Assembly (NCBI GenBank): GCA_934433485.1
Contig: CAKRZR010000008.1
Coordinates: forward strand, 23,342 to 87,341
DNA length: 64,000 bases
Origin: an uncultured Eubacteriales bacterium
GTDB taxonomy: Bacteria > Bacillota > Clostridia > Oscillospirales > CAG-272
Direction of reading: 5' to 3'
The position numbers were made by a program, and so were the translations under genes. Shown here in pieces: positions 18,838-28,013 of this stretch; positions within the stretch are counted from its first letter, which is position 1, and each line of letters starts with the position of its first letter. The notes under the pieces are model-generated. The model saw only the letters and a program-made list of their open reading frames with translations, did not search any database and had not been told where the DNA came from.

Positions 18838-19072
18838 AGGGGAACGGTCGCTTTTGAATGCACGAACAAGTTCGTGTTACGATCTTGTTCGTGCCAGCTC
18901 CCGCAAAACTTTTATGAATGGATGGGATTGGATATAGTTTGTGCGAGTCCGGTTGCTCACCAATATGGTACCGTCCAATACATGAGAAGATCGTTCGCGA
19001 GCGGCTCCCATGCGTTTAGCTGAGCCAATGCATTGGCTCCCTAAACTCCGTGATCCGCACACTACGGGGAGA
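18838..19072 (+). repeat. modular intergenic repeat, copy 4 (flank, hairpins, box, core, module C)
   Basis: GGGGAACGG flank. ACGAACAAGTTCGT and ACGATCTTGTTCGT hairpins. GCAAAACTTTTATGAATGG box. GGATATAGTTTGTGCGAGTCCGGTTGCTCACCAA core. GAGCCAATGCATTGGCTC at 19022-19039. Confidence 0.88.
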
Positions 19073-19284
19073 AATTGCTTGATATAGTTTATTGGGGAAT
19101 GGCATTTTTCTTCTGGGAGTGCTTCCGCGCATTCCTACTGCTCATTTCTCACTTCTCATTCTTTCCATCCACAGGATATGCTACATTATAGTATACTCTA
19201 TGCATCGTTTCAAGAGGAAAAATGTAAACGTGGGCGAAAAACGGGATTTTCGAAAAAAAAGTTGAAAAAATTCCGATTTTCCTC

Positions 19285-19313
19285 TTGACAAACCAGCCCC
19301 GCTGTGGTATACT
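19285..19313 (+). promoter_or_regulatory. sigma-A type promoter of the perR-like/rubrerythrin/rubredoxin operon
   Basis: TTGACA (19285-19290), 17-bp spacer, extended -10 TGgTATACT (19305-19313). Confidence 0.65.
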
Positions 19314-19351
19314 CTTATCAAGAACAAATCCTAATTGAGAATGAGTATCAC

Positions 19352-19801
19352 ATGAAGCGAAACACACTGCAAAAGCGGATCATTCTGGATGCGCTGCGCG
19401 AGATGAACTGTCATGCGTCGGCAGGAATGGTATATGCAAAGATCTCCGCGGACTATCCGACGATCAGTCTCGGCACCGTCTATCGGGTACTTTCCGACGC
19501 GGCTGCCTCCGGAGAGCTCCTGCGCCTCCATTTTACGACGACGGACGACCGGTTCGACATCACGCTCCCGCCGCATCCGCACGTGGTTTGTTCCCGATGC
19601 GGCTTCGTGGACGATGTGGCGATGCGCGACGGCTGGGACAGCATGGACAACGTACTCTCCGCCGGGCGCGATCCGGACGCACCGTTTCACCTGACCGGCT
19701 GCACCATCGAATGGGTCGGGCTATGCGCCGCCTGTCAAAAAGCAATCGCGGCGGAAGCGGCACAAATGGAAATCGAAGCGGCGGAAAGCGATCCCGCGTA
19801 A
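19352..19801 (+). CDS. Fur family transcriptional regulator (PerR-like by context)
   Basis: MKRNTLQKRIILDAL winged-helix N-terminus. Metal sites HPHVVCSRCG and CAAC. Sits directly upstream of rubrerythrin. The ATG at 19352 lies downstream of the promoter; the ORF-track start at 19304 overlaps the -10. Confidence 0.88.
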   Translation: MKRNTLQKRIILDALREMNCHASAGMVYAKISADYPTISLGTVYRVLSDAAASGELLRLHFTTTDDRFDITLPPHPHVVCSRCGFVDDVAMRDGWDSMDNVLSAGRDPDAPFHLTGCTIEWVGLCAACQKAIAAEAAQMEIEAAESDPA

Positions 19802-19864
19802 AAGAATCGCGCAAAAAACAACAAATACAGGCGATATGCCGCAGATAAAAAAGGAGAATAAGCT

Positions 19865-20419
19865 ATGAAAAAGTGGAGATGCACCGTATGTGGAGAAATC
19901 GTGGAATCCGAAACCAGACCGGAGAAATGTCCCGTATGCAAGGCCCCGGGCGAGAAGTTTGTGGAGGTCAAGGAAGAGGGCATGACCTGGGCCGCTGAGC
20001 ACGTAGTCGGTCTGGGCAAGGCAGCGGACGTTCCGGAAGAGATCATCGAGGGTCTGCGCGCAAATTTCCAGGGCGAATGCAGCGAGGTCGGTATGTACCT
20101 GGCGATGGCACGCGTCGCGCACCGCGAGGGCTATCCGGAGATCGGTCTGTACTGGGAAAAGGCAGCGTTCGAGGAAGCGGAGCACGCGGCAAAGTTCGCG
20201 GAGCTGCTCGGTGAAGTCGTCACTCCGTCCACGGAAAAGAACCTGACGATGCGTGTGGAAGCCGAAAACGGCGCGACCGCGGGCAAATTCGAGTTGGCAA
20301 AGCTGGCAAAGCAGCACAACCTCGACGCCATCCACGACACCGTCCACGAGATGGCAAAGGACGAAGCAAGACACGGCAAGGCATTTGCAGGTCTTCTGAA
20401 GCGGTACTTCGGCAAGTAA
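19865..20419 (+). CDS. rbr: reverse rubrerythrin (N-terminal rubredoxin-like domain plus di-iron ferritin-like domain)
   Basis: N-terminal CTVCG...CPVC Fe(Cys)4 motif, followed by EGECSE...EEAEH and E..H four-helix-bundle di-iron ligands. Confidence 0.92.
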   Translation: MKKWRCTVCGEIVESETRPEKCPVCKAPGEKFVEVKEEGMTWAAEHVVGLGKAADVPEEIIEGLRANFQGECSEVGMYLAMARVAHREGYPEIGLYWEKAAFEEAEHAAKFAELLGEVVTPSTEKNLTMRVEAENGATAGKFELAKLAKQHNLDAIHDTVHEMAKDEARHGKAFAGLLKRYFGK

Positions 20420-20444
20420 TCGATAATAACGGAGGACAACCGAA

Positions 20445-20606
20445 ATGAAGAAATACGAATGCCCGTGCGGCTACCTCTACGACCCGGCAGAAGGCGATCC
20501 GGATAACGGCGTAGCTCCCGGCACCCCGTGGGAAGACGTACCGGAGGATTGGGTATGTCCCACCTGCGGTCTCGGCAAGGACGCGTTCACGGAAGTCGAG
20601 GAGTAA
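20445..20606 (+). CDS. rubredoxin (53 aa; absent from the ORF track because it is under 60 aa)
   Basis: GGAGGA at 20431-20436, ATG at 20445. My translation: [53 protein letters not shown]. Near-canonical rubredoxin, but the first knuckle reads C-P-C. Confidence 0.85.
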   Translation: MKKYECPCGYLYDPAEGDPDNGVAPGTPWEDVPEDWVCPTCGLGKDAFTEVEE

Positions 20607-20616
20607 AGGAATAGAG

Positions 20617-20664
20617 AAAACCCTCTGTCACGGGCTCCCATTCTGTGGCGGAGGGCTTTCTGTT
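20617..20664. terminator. probable intrinsic terminator between convergent rubredoxin and iclR genes
   Basis: Stem CCCTCTGTCAC (20621-20631) / GTGGCGGAGGG (20645-20655) with one wobble, followed by CTTTCTGTT. Confidence 0.45.
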
Positions 20665-20671
20665 GCCTATA

Positions 20672-21439
20672 CTATTTTCCCGGCGCGAAGAGCTTTCGCT
20701 GGATCTCCGCCGCGGCGTTCTTGAGCAGACTTACATAATAATCCACCTCAATCTCCGTTTTGTAGCCGATGAAGCCGGAGAAGGACAGGGCGGCAATGAT
20801 CTCTCCCGCATCGGAACGGATCGGCACCGCGATACAGAAGCCTTCGTTTTGTGATTCGTGCTTATCGAGTGCATAGCCCTGTGCGCGGATCTTCTCTAAT
20901 TCCGCGAGAAACGCCGTTTTATCTGTGATGGTTTTGTCCGTCATGCGGCGGAAATCGATGGCATCGAGCAGTTCTGAGAACAGCGGCTCCGTTAGCTCCG
21001 ACAGCAGAAGCTTCCCGCAGGCACTCGCGTGAAACGGCAGGACAGTTCCGATCGGCGGCACATAGTCCACGATTTTTTCCGTGCGGGACTGTCCGAGAAT
21101 ATAGCACCGATCCAGTTCCCGCACCACGAGGTTCATCGCCTCCTGTTCTGCTTCCGACAGGCGCACCATGATCAGATACGAGACCTCTTTCAGCATGAGA
21201 AGAAAGCTCTTTTTCTCTGTCACCATCGTGATTTTGTAGCCAAGCGTGTATTTCTCTTCTGCGTCCTGATACACCCAACCATAGTTGCACATGGTTTTCA
21301 AAAGGCGGAATGTGGTGGCAGAGCTGATACCGCAGCGTTTCGCGATCTCATTGACGCCGAGCGGGGTCATATCGTCCCGCAGCAAATCCAAAATGGTCAA
21401 CGCCCGCTCAAGCACCCTTACGTTCGTTTTTTCCTCCAT
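20672..21439 (-). CDS. IclR family transcriptional regulator
   Basis: From MEEKTNVRVLERALTILDLL (ATG 21439): IclR HTH (LGVNEIAKRCGISSATTFRLLKTM) plus a C-terminal effector domain. The ORF-track entry 20672..22672 is an artefactual upstream extension. Confidence 0.9.
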   Translation of the reverse strand: MEEKTNVRVLERALTILDLLRDDMTPLGVNEIAKRCGISSATTFRLLKTMCNYGWVYQDAEEKYTLGYKITMVTEKKSFLLMLKEVSYLIMVRLSEAEQEAMNLVVRELDRCYILGQSRTEKIVDYVPPIGTVLPFHASACGKLLLSELTEPLFSELLDAIDFRRMTDKTITDKTAFLAELEKIRAQGYALDKHESQNEGFCIAVPIRSDAGEIIAALSFSGFIGYKTEIEVDYYVSLLKNAAAEIQRKLFAPGK

Positions 21440-21485
21440 ACGCCATACACCTCCGCTGCTTCTATGATGTGCTATTTTCAGGATG

Positions 21486-21561
21486 CTCTGAATCCATCGA
21501 ATTTTTGCGCCGAGAGCCTGAACAGATGGTTTGCAGCGCAAAAAGCAACCTGAAATCAGAG
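21486..21561 (+). repeat. 77-bp palindromic element R2, copy i
   Basis: CTCTGAATCCATCGAATTTTTGCGC...GCGCAAAAAGCAACCTGAAATCAGAG. Same termini and architecture as 29103-29179 and 52832-52908. Confidence 0.8.
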
Positions 21562-21658
21562 TCATTTTCATTGTACCATGATCTTGTGAACGATTCAAGG
21601 CATTCCGTGATACTACTTTATGAAAAAGCATACTGCCAAAAATATTTTCTTTCGTGTA

Positions 21659-21687
21659 TTGACAAAGCCGCATGGAAATGCTATAAT
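21659..21687 (+). promoter_or_regulatory. consensus sigma-A promoter of solute-binding protein paralog 2
   Basis: TTGACA (21659-21664), 17-bp spacer, TATAAT (21682-21687). Confidence 0.7.
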
Positions 21688-21691
21688 GTAA

Positions 21692-21713
21692 AAATGAAAT
21701 ATGCATTTCATTT
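21692..21713. promoter_or_regulatory. candidate operator (perfect 9-bp inverted repeat)
   Basis: AAATGAAAT-ATGC-ATTTCATTT immediately downstream of the -10, between divergent iclR and the SBP gene. Which protein binds it is a guess. Confidence 0.4.
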
Positions 21714-21733
21714 TTTACGTAAGGAGTCAGCAT

Positions 21734-23161
21734 ATGAAAAAAAGTCTTGTGCTTATTTTGGCGATGCTTATCCTGTCCGCGACTGCCTGCGGCGGGAACA
21801 CGCCCTCGGAATCGACCAAATCCAATGGCGAAACGGACGTACAAACGAAATCCGTCACGGAAACAGAAGCAGTGGATCCGGTGGTAAAACGGGATTTCGA
21901 CGGATACACATTCCGCTTTCTCAACGGCAACACCTCGTATGAGCACAACGCGCTTGTGATCGAGGAGGAAACCGCGGACATCATCGATAACGCCTTTTAT
22001 CTCCGGAACATGCGCGTCGGCGAACGATTCAACATCACCTTTGCCGAGACCATCACCAAATCGCCGCAAGCCGACTACACCGCAAGCAGCATCGCCGGAG
22101 ACCAGAGCTTCGACATTGCCACGCTGCGGATGGAATGGGCATTTCCCATCGTGGTGGAAAACCAGGCGTTGCCCTGGACACAGATTCCGAACATCGATCT
22201 CACGCAGAACTACTGGGTGCAAAATTCCCTCTCGGCATTCTCCCTCATGCACAATGTATATTTTGCTGTCAGTGCCTTTGACATCACGCACTACGACAGT
22301 GTCCGCACGTTCGCTTTCAACAAGCGGCTCATTGATCAATACCAGCTGGAATCCCCTTATGCGCTGGTCAGTGCCGGCAAATGGACGCTGGATACCTACA
22401 TGGAGCAGGGTATGGCGATCGCAAATGACGTGGACGGCGACGGCAAATGGACAAGCGCGGATATGTACAGCACGGACAGCAACAGCAACGTATACGTCAA
22501 TACCCTGATGGCGGGCATTGGCTCTATTCTCTCCATCCAAAAGGATAAAGACGATATGCCGTACTTCAATCTGGAGGAAGAATACTACCTCGATCGGATG
22601 GCAAAGGTATCCGACATGATGAAGGAACGGCAGAACGGCTTGATTGCAACAAACGCCTTTGCGAGTGGTCATGCTCTTTTCTACAACAATCTCATCTGCA
22701 CGCTGTCCGGTCTGCGCGAGATGGAGGACGAATTCGGTATCATCCCGGCACCAAAGTATGATGAGGAGCAGGCGGAATACATCAACCTGGGCGGCAGTCC
22801 GTTCTTCATGGTGATACCCGTGTTCTCAGACGATCTGGACCGCACCGGAGCCATTATGGAAGGGCTTGCGGTTGATTCCGTGGGGCTGATCGATGTGGCG
22901 TACTACGACAAGCTGCTCAAAGGAAAGACCTCCCGCGATGAAGAATCCTCCGGTATGCTCGATCTCATCTTCTCCACGCTTGAATACTACCATCCGCTCG
23001 CCAATTCCTACCTCAACGCCCCGCTGGCGGACAATTACATCTGGAACAGCAGCGATCAGATCGTCTCCTATCTCCAGTCCGTAAAGGGAAAAATCGAAAG
23101 CGAAATCGACACCGCGCTGGATACCTACAAAACCAATATGGGCATAGCCTCCGCGCAATAA
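21734..23161 (+). CDS. ABC-type extracellular solute-binding lipoprotein (LplA-like), paralog 2 of 6
   Basis: AAGGAG RBS. MKKSLVLILAMLILSATAC lipobox. Family motifs DVDGDGK, FGIIPAPKYDEEQ, YYDKLLKGKTSRD. Confidence 0.9.
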   Translation: MKKSLVLILAMLILSATACGGNTPSESTKSNGETDVQTKSVTETEAVDPVVKRDFDGYTFRFLNGNTSYEHNALVIEEETADIIDNAFYLRNMRVGERFNITFAETITKSPQADYTASSIAGDQSFDIATLRMEWAFPIVVENQALPWTQIPNIDLTQNYWVQNSLSAFSLMHNVYFAVSAFDITHYDSVRTFAFNKRLIDQYQLESPYALVSAGKWTLDTYMEQGMAIANDVDGDGKWTSADMYSTDSNSNVYVNTLMAGIGSILSIQKDKDDMPYFNLEEEYYLDRMAKVSDMMKERQNGLIATNAFASGHALFYNNLICTLSGLREMEDEFGIIPAPKYDEEQAEYINLGGSPFFMVIPVFSDDLDRTGAIMEGLAVDSVGLIDVAYYDKLLKGKTSRDEESSGMLDLIFSTLEYYHPLANSYLNAPLADNYIWNSSDQIVSYLQSVKGKIESEIDTALDTYKTNMGIASAQ

Positions 23162-23183
23162 ACAAAAATCACACAGAAAGGCA

Positions 23184-24458
23184 GTGATCCCCATGCCGCA
23201 TATCACCAGACTTCCGCCCGTCTCCGGCATCTTTACCCCCGATGTGTCCCCTGCTCTTTCCGAGCGACTGACCCCGTCCGCGCCGATCTCGCACTATCGC
23301 GGATACATCCGTCCGCAAAACGACGCGGCGGCAAAGGCGAATGGCGACCGGCTTGTCTCCGAGATGAAAGCGCACATTCTCGCGGACTTTGAGAAAAACG
23401 AACGCTACTGCGCGGCGCATCCCGAGGACCATATCGACAAAATGGTCCACGTATCGACCTTTGCCATCGTCGGCGATGTGCTCTACATGACCTATTACGC
23501 GAACACCGGCACGGACGCGGAGGATCCGGCGTATCAGGAAGCGCGGTTCGCGTTCTGCCCCATCCACGGCGCGGCGGCGGCGGACGTGACCCTCGACACC
23601 GACGATATGACGATCCTCCGGCTCCAGAAGGCGGGCGACACCCTGGACGGACGGCACATCGACCGCGTATACGACACGATCCTGCTCCGGAAAAACGACG
23701 ATCCGGACACCCTCTACCTCCTGTGGACCGCCTCCGCGGACGGACTGTACTACCGCTTCTACTGTACCTATACCATCTCCACCGCCACCCTGTCCGAAAT
23801 CCGCCCGAACCGGTTCCGCGTGGGGAATGTGGAAAACGACTTCTCCATCCGCGGCATGATCGGCGCCCTCTCGGCAAACGGAATCGCGCACAAGCCCATG
23901 TGGAGCGACATTGGGATCATGCAGAAGCTGTCCACGCGGGTGGAGAACGGGGAGGTCTGGTACTACACGGGCGCGTACTCCGGGAATTTCAACTGCATCA
24001 TCAAAAGCCGGGATCTTGTGACGTGGGAATACGTCGCCGCCCCCGATTTCACAAACGAATCGCTGTGGGAGAACGCCGTATACGTGGTCGGGGACAAGTG
24101 CTGGTACTTTGTGCGCCAGGACGAATGCATGCAGGGCTTTCTCACCGCGTACGATCTGAAAACCGGGATGTGGGCGGTGCCGACGCTGATCCGCGACGCG
24201 CAGTCCCGCTCGGATTTCATCTGGTATAAGGACACGCTCTATCTCATCCACGCCCCCATCGACCGCAACGGGTTCGGAATCGTGAAGATCCATCGCGAAA
24301 ATCCCGCCGCAAGCACGCCTGTCGCGGTAGCGGACATGCACGACAGCCTGTTCTATCCCTATACGGATCTGTACGGCGACTATGCATATATGTCGTACAC
24401 GGTGGCGCGCAAGCACATCCGACTGTCGCGCTTCCCGCTGGCGGAATTTTTGGGGTAA
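23184..24458 (+). CDS. hypothetical cytoplasmic protein (beta-rich, possibly propeller/glycosidase-like)
   Basis: Long GC3-rich ORF 22 bp after the SBP stop. No signal peptide. Start could be GTG 23184 or ATG 23193. Family not recognisable by eye. Confidence 0.7.
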   Translation: MIPMPHITRLPPVSGIFTPDVSPALSERLTPSAPISHYRGYIRPQNDAAAKANGDRLVSEMKAHILADFEKNERYCAAHPEDHIDKMVHVSTFAIVGDVLYMTYYANTGTDAEDPAYQEARFAFCPIHGAAAADVTLDTDDMTILRLQKAGDTLDGRHIDRVYDTILLRKNDDPDTLYLLWTASADGLYYRFYCTYTISTATLSEIRPNRFRVGNVENDFSIRGMIGALSANGIAHKPMWSDIGIMQKLSTRVENGEVWYYTGAYSGNFNCIIKSRDLVTWEYVAAPDFTNESLWENAVYVVGDKCWYFVRQDECMQGFLTAYDLKTGMWAVPTLIRDAQSRSDFIWYKDTLYLIHAPIDRNGFGIVKIHRENPAASTPVAVADMHDSLFYPYTDLYGDYAYMSYTVARKHIRLSRFPLAEFLG

Positions 24459-24469
24459 GAAACAAAAAG

Positions 24470-24501
24470 AAGGATCGCTCCGACGGCGGTCCTTTTTGTT
24501 T
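24470..24501 (+). terminator. intrinsic terminator
   Basis: GGATCGC / GGCGGTCC stem with a TCCGAC loop, followed by TTTTTGTTT. Confidence 0.55.
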
Positions 24502-24639
24502 CGTGTGCAAAGCATTTTCTGTCTCATCCCGCAATCCGACGAGACCGCACAGGCGCAAATTCATCGGGTTTGTGCTTGCGAACCGCGTGGGAATATGGTA
24601 TACTTATTGTAAAATTTCAAGGAATCGAAGGTTTATTCT

Positions 24640-25557
24640 ATGTACACAGACGCACAGGGACGCAAATGGTTCAAGGGCAATCTGCACACGCACACAACGG
24701 CGTCGGACGGCAAGCTCCCGCCGGAGGAATCCTACGCTTTATACAAATCGAAGGGCTACGACTTCCTCGCGCGCACGGATCACTGGAAGGTCAGCGAACC
24801 CGGCGACTATGCGGGAATGCTGCTGCTCTCCGGCTGCGAGTACGATTTCGGCTCTGATCCGGCGGAGGGCGTATACCACATCGTGGCGCTCGGCATGGAG
24901 GCGGATCCCGGACTCACGCGGGATATGACGCCGGGCGAAGCCGTGGAGCGCATCCACGCAAACGGAGGACTTGCCAACATTGCGCACCCGGCATGGTCGC
25001 TGGACACGCCGGAGCAGATCCTGCGCTACGGCAACATCTTTGACATGACGGAGATCTACAATTCCGTATCGGGTCTGCCGCGCAACGCCCGTCCGTACAG
25101 CGGGATCATTGTGGATATGCTCGCCTCCCACGGGTATTGCCTGCCCCTGATCGCCGACGACGATGTCCACTTCTACGTACCGGGCTACGACGCGTGCCGC
25201 AGCTTCATCATGGTCGAAGCGGAGGAATGCACGCGCGCATCGATCCTCGCGGCGATTCAGGCAAAGCGCTTCTACGCGACGCAGGGTCCGGAGTTGTACG
25301 TACACGTGGAGCGTGCTGCGGACGGAAAGGACGGAAAGATCATCGTGGACTGCTCGCCGGTCTGCGAGATCGTCTACCTCTCCAATGCGGTCTGGAACAA
25401 TCACCGCGCCGACATCGCGCCGGACGGCGAACGGTTGACTCATGGCGAATACGTTCCCGGACGAAACGACCGCTATGTTCGCATCGAGGTGCGCGACGCC
25501 GCCGGCAACATGGCGTGGAGCCAGATCATCGAGAAATCCGCCTGGGAGCAGGCATAA
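24640..25557 (+). CDS. PHP-domain metal-dependent phosphoesterase (CehA/McbA-like)
   Basis: GNLHTHTTASDG motif at the N-terminus, plus additional His/Asp clusters (NIAHPAW, DDDVH). Confidence 0.8.
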   Translation: MYTDAQGRKWFKGNLHTHTTASDGKLPPEESYALYKSKGYDFLARTDHWKVSEPGDYAGMLLLSGCEYDFGSDPAEGVYHIVALGMEADPGLTRDMTPGEAVERIHANGGLANIAHPAWSLDTPEQILRYGNIFDMTEIYNSVSGLPRNARPYSGIIVDMLASHGYCLPLIADDDVHFYVPGYDACRSFIMVEAEECTRASILAAIQAKRFYATQGPELYVHVERAADGKDGKIIVDCSPVCEIVYLSNAVWNNHRADIAPDGERLTHGEYVPGRNDRYVRIEVRDAAGNMAWSQIIEKSAWEQA

Positions 25558-25567
25558 CGCGCCGCAG

Positions 25568-26494
25568 TCATTCCGCGCTTCCCGCAACGGCGCCGTCCGC
25601 GCAGGCGGTTACGATCTGGCACAGCGCGTTTTTCCGGATGTCTCCGGCAACATAGACGTCTGTATATCGCGTTCTGCCCTTTCCGTCCGCGGCAATATAG
25701 CCGTTTTCGTCGAGAAGCGGCGTGAGTCCGGGGATGTCCGTGTTCGGCTTTTGTCCGACCGCCAAAAATACGCCGTCCGCACGCAGGAGCCTTGTTTCAC
25801 CGGTCTCCGTGTTTGTGAAACGCACGCTGGTGAGCTCTCCCGGATCGTCCGCCTCCGACGGCACGCCGTGCGGGTATTTCTCCGTGCAATACGCCGTCGC
25901 ACGATAGGGGGTCAGGAGCGCGCAGGCGGTCCGCGCCCTTTGCACCTGCTCCGGGGACGCGCGGAATGTCGCTCTCCGATGCACAAGGGTGACCCGCGCG
26001 CCGATTTCCGCGAGATACAGCGCGTCGTGGAACGCCGTATTTCCGCCGCCGATGACGACGACGGATTTGCCGCGATACAGTCCGCCGTCGCAAAGCGCGC
26101 AGAACGATACGCCGCGACCGACCAGTGCCGCTTCCCCGGGCAGACCGAGTCCGCTTGCCCGTCTGCCGAGGCACAGAACGATCCGGTCGCCGGTATACGT
26201 CGCTTTTGCCGTCGTGACCGTTTTCGCCGCGAGATCGACAGACAGAATTTCCTCCGCCCGATAGTCCGCACCGGCTGTCACCGCCTGTTTGCGCATCGCC
26301 GACCAGAGCGTGAAGCCGTCTCCACCGTCGCTGGCAGACAGAAATCCCGGCATATTCGCAATCTTCGCCGCGTACGTCATCTGACTCTCGCCCCGGTCGA
26401 AGATCACGCACCGTTTGCCGCCCCGCGCCGCGTACAGTCCCGCTGTAAGTCCCGCCGCGCCACCGCCGCAGATGACGGTATCGAATTTTTCCAT
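25568..26494 (-). CDS. thioredoxin-disulfide reductase-like FAD/NAD(P) oxidoreductase
   Basis: GGGAAG FAD motif in DTVICGGGAAGLTAG. Redox CALCDG. Second Rossmann motif VVIGGGNTA. C-terminal VYVAGD. GGAGAT RBS before ATG 26494. Confidence 0.88.
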   Translation of the reverse strand: MEKFDTVICGGGAAGLTAGLYAARGGKRCVIFDRGESQMTYAAKIANMPGFLSASDGGDGFTLWSAMRKQAVTAGADYRAEEILSVDLAAKTVTTAKATYTGDRIVLCLGRRASGLGLPGEAALVGRGVSFCALCDGGLYRGKSVVVIGGGNTAFHDALYLAEIGARVTLVHRRATFRASPEQVQRARTACALLTPYRATAYCTEKYPHGVPSEADDPGELTSVRFTNTETGETRLLRADGVFLAVGQKPNTDIPGLTPLLDENGYIAADGKGRTRYTDVYVAGDIRKNALCQIVTACADGAVAGSAE

Positions 26495-26589
26495 ACATAC
26501 ATCTCCACAAAAAACCGTTCTGTCAGAGGTATCCCCGACAGGACGGCTTTTTATGCATGTCATTTCCTATAAAGCTCCGTGAAAACGGC

Positions 26590-27861
26590 TCATTCCGCGC
26601 GCAGTTCCGCTGTCATTTTCGCAAGCGCCTCCACCATTTCGTATCCCGCCTCCGGTCTGAGCTTGCTGCCCTCGCACAGTCTCGCTTCGTAAATGCCCGG
26701 CTGGAACAGCTCCTTGGTCGGAACATAGCCGATGGCGGCGTTCGCGAGGCTGGCGACCATGGCGTTTGGAGACAGCTTTTTGCACATCTTGCCAAACTCC
26801 ACGAACATTTCCCCCGGCATCGCGAATACGGCAAGCGAACCGATGGCGATCACCTGCACCGGCACCGGGATCGTCCGTACGCCAAGATCGTGGAAACGGA
26901 ACGCTTCATCGGCAAAGCTGCGATCCATCACAGACGCGTCCGGATCCGCCTGTACCTCCTTCGCCCACGCGAGCAGCCCTTCGTCCGGTTCCCTGGTTTC
27001 CAGCGGCAGCACCCGGTACGCGGCGGCAAGCGCTGTGTCCGGCACGGTCTCTCCGCCAATCTCCATCGCGCGGGCCACGTCGCAGGCGAGCATTTTCCCC
27101 ATGCGGCGGTAATGCTCCGGCACATTGTGGAACCCGTGCGGGTCGCAGTGGTTGATGTTGCCGTTCGCGCCGTTTATGTACATCGGATGGAACCGCGCGC
27201 CGTACAGCTTCCGCAGCGTCTCCCGCATCGCGCCCGGATAGTCGGCGGAATACGCACAGCCGCCCACACAGTCGCAGTGGCACGCGTAATTCACGAGACA
27301 GCCGTAGCGCGAGCCGTCCGCGTTGTCGATCCACAGCACGCATACCTCGGGATCGATCTCCCCGAACGGCGTGCCGTCCGCCATGCCCCACGTACGGTAC
27401 GAGCCGTCCGGCATGACATAATCCCGGTAGTACGCGAGCTTGTCCTCAACGGTTTTCGCAAACGTCAGCGTGACCGGACGGGCATCCCCTCTCGCCAGAT
27501 GCGCGCTGTCCACGATCCGGTCCTCCAGAAACGAGAGATACCCCTCGTTTTCCTCACAGAACCCCACGACATTCTCCACCGGGCCGCCTGTGTGCGTGTG
27601 TGTCGCGCAGATCAGCACCGCGTCCGGGGACATGGAGAGACTCTCCGCGATCCGCTGCCGCGCCCGGTCGCATACCGCCATCGGAACGCCGATCGCGTCG
27701 CAGGATACAAGCACCGCCTGCACATCCTCCCGCGCACAGTACAGCACCGATACCGCCAGCCGGTCCCGGATCCCGCTTGCCAGCCGCCGCTCAAAATACC
27801 CGGGGATCTTCATCCCCAAAGCCGGGGTAATGTCGGATTCATACATACCACAAGTAAACAT
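26590..27861 (-). CDS. neutral/alkaline ceramidase-like N-terminal-domain hydrolase (family assignment tentative)
   Basis: N-terminus ESDITPALGMKIPGYFERRLASGIRDRL resembles the ceramidase_alk family signature. GGGAGGG RBS 6 nt before ATG 27861. No signal peptide. Confidence 0.7.
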   Translation of the reverse strand: MFTCGMYESDITPALGMKIPGYFERRLASGIRDRLAVSVLYCAREDVQAVLVSCDAIGVPMAVCDRARQRIAESLSMSPDAVLICATHTHTGGPVENVVGFCEENEGYLSFLEDRIVDSAHLARGDARPVTLTFAKTVEDKLAYYRDYVMPDGSYRTWGMADGTPFGEIDPEVCVLWIDNADGSRYGCLVNYACHCDCVGGCAYSADYPGAMRETLRKLYGARFHPMYINGANGNINHCDPHGFHNVPEHYRRMGKMLACDVARAMEIGGETVPDTALAAAYRVLPLETREPDEGLLAWAKEVQADPDASVMDRSFADEAFRFHDLGVRTIPVPVQVIAIGSLAVFAMPGEMFVEFGKMCKKLSPNAMVASLANAAIGYVPTKELFQPGIYEARLCEGSKLRPEAGYEMVEALAKMTAELRAE

Positions 27862-27909
27862 AACATGCCCTCCCATGGAAGAAAAGTAGCATCAGAAAAT
27901 AATATCGGT

Positions 27910-28013
27910 GAAACCCGGAATTGCACAAACGATATCCTATTCCATTTTCTATAGAAGTTTTTGCCAAGGCCGGAACGAACAAGTTCGTTCTCAAAAAGCC
28001 GCGTTCTCCCCCG
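27910..28013 (-). repeat. modular intergenic repeat, copy 5 (short core variant)
   Basis: GGAATTGCACAAACGATATCC core. TATAGAAGTTTTTGCC box. Palindrome GAACGAAC-AA-GTTCGTTC at 27973-27990. GCCGCGTTCTCCCCC flank. Fills the gap between two minus-strand genes. Confidence 0.85.

Noticed and set aside
20672-22672. 666-aa ORF in the six-frame track
   Set aside because: It is chimeric. Only the last 255 codons (from ATG 21439) form an IclR regulator. The upstream part runs antisense through the intergenic region and the 5' half of the SBP2 gene (21734-23161). SBP2 has its own consensus promoter, RBS and lipobox.
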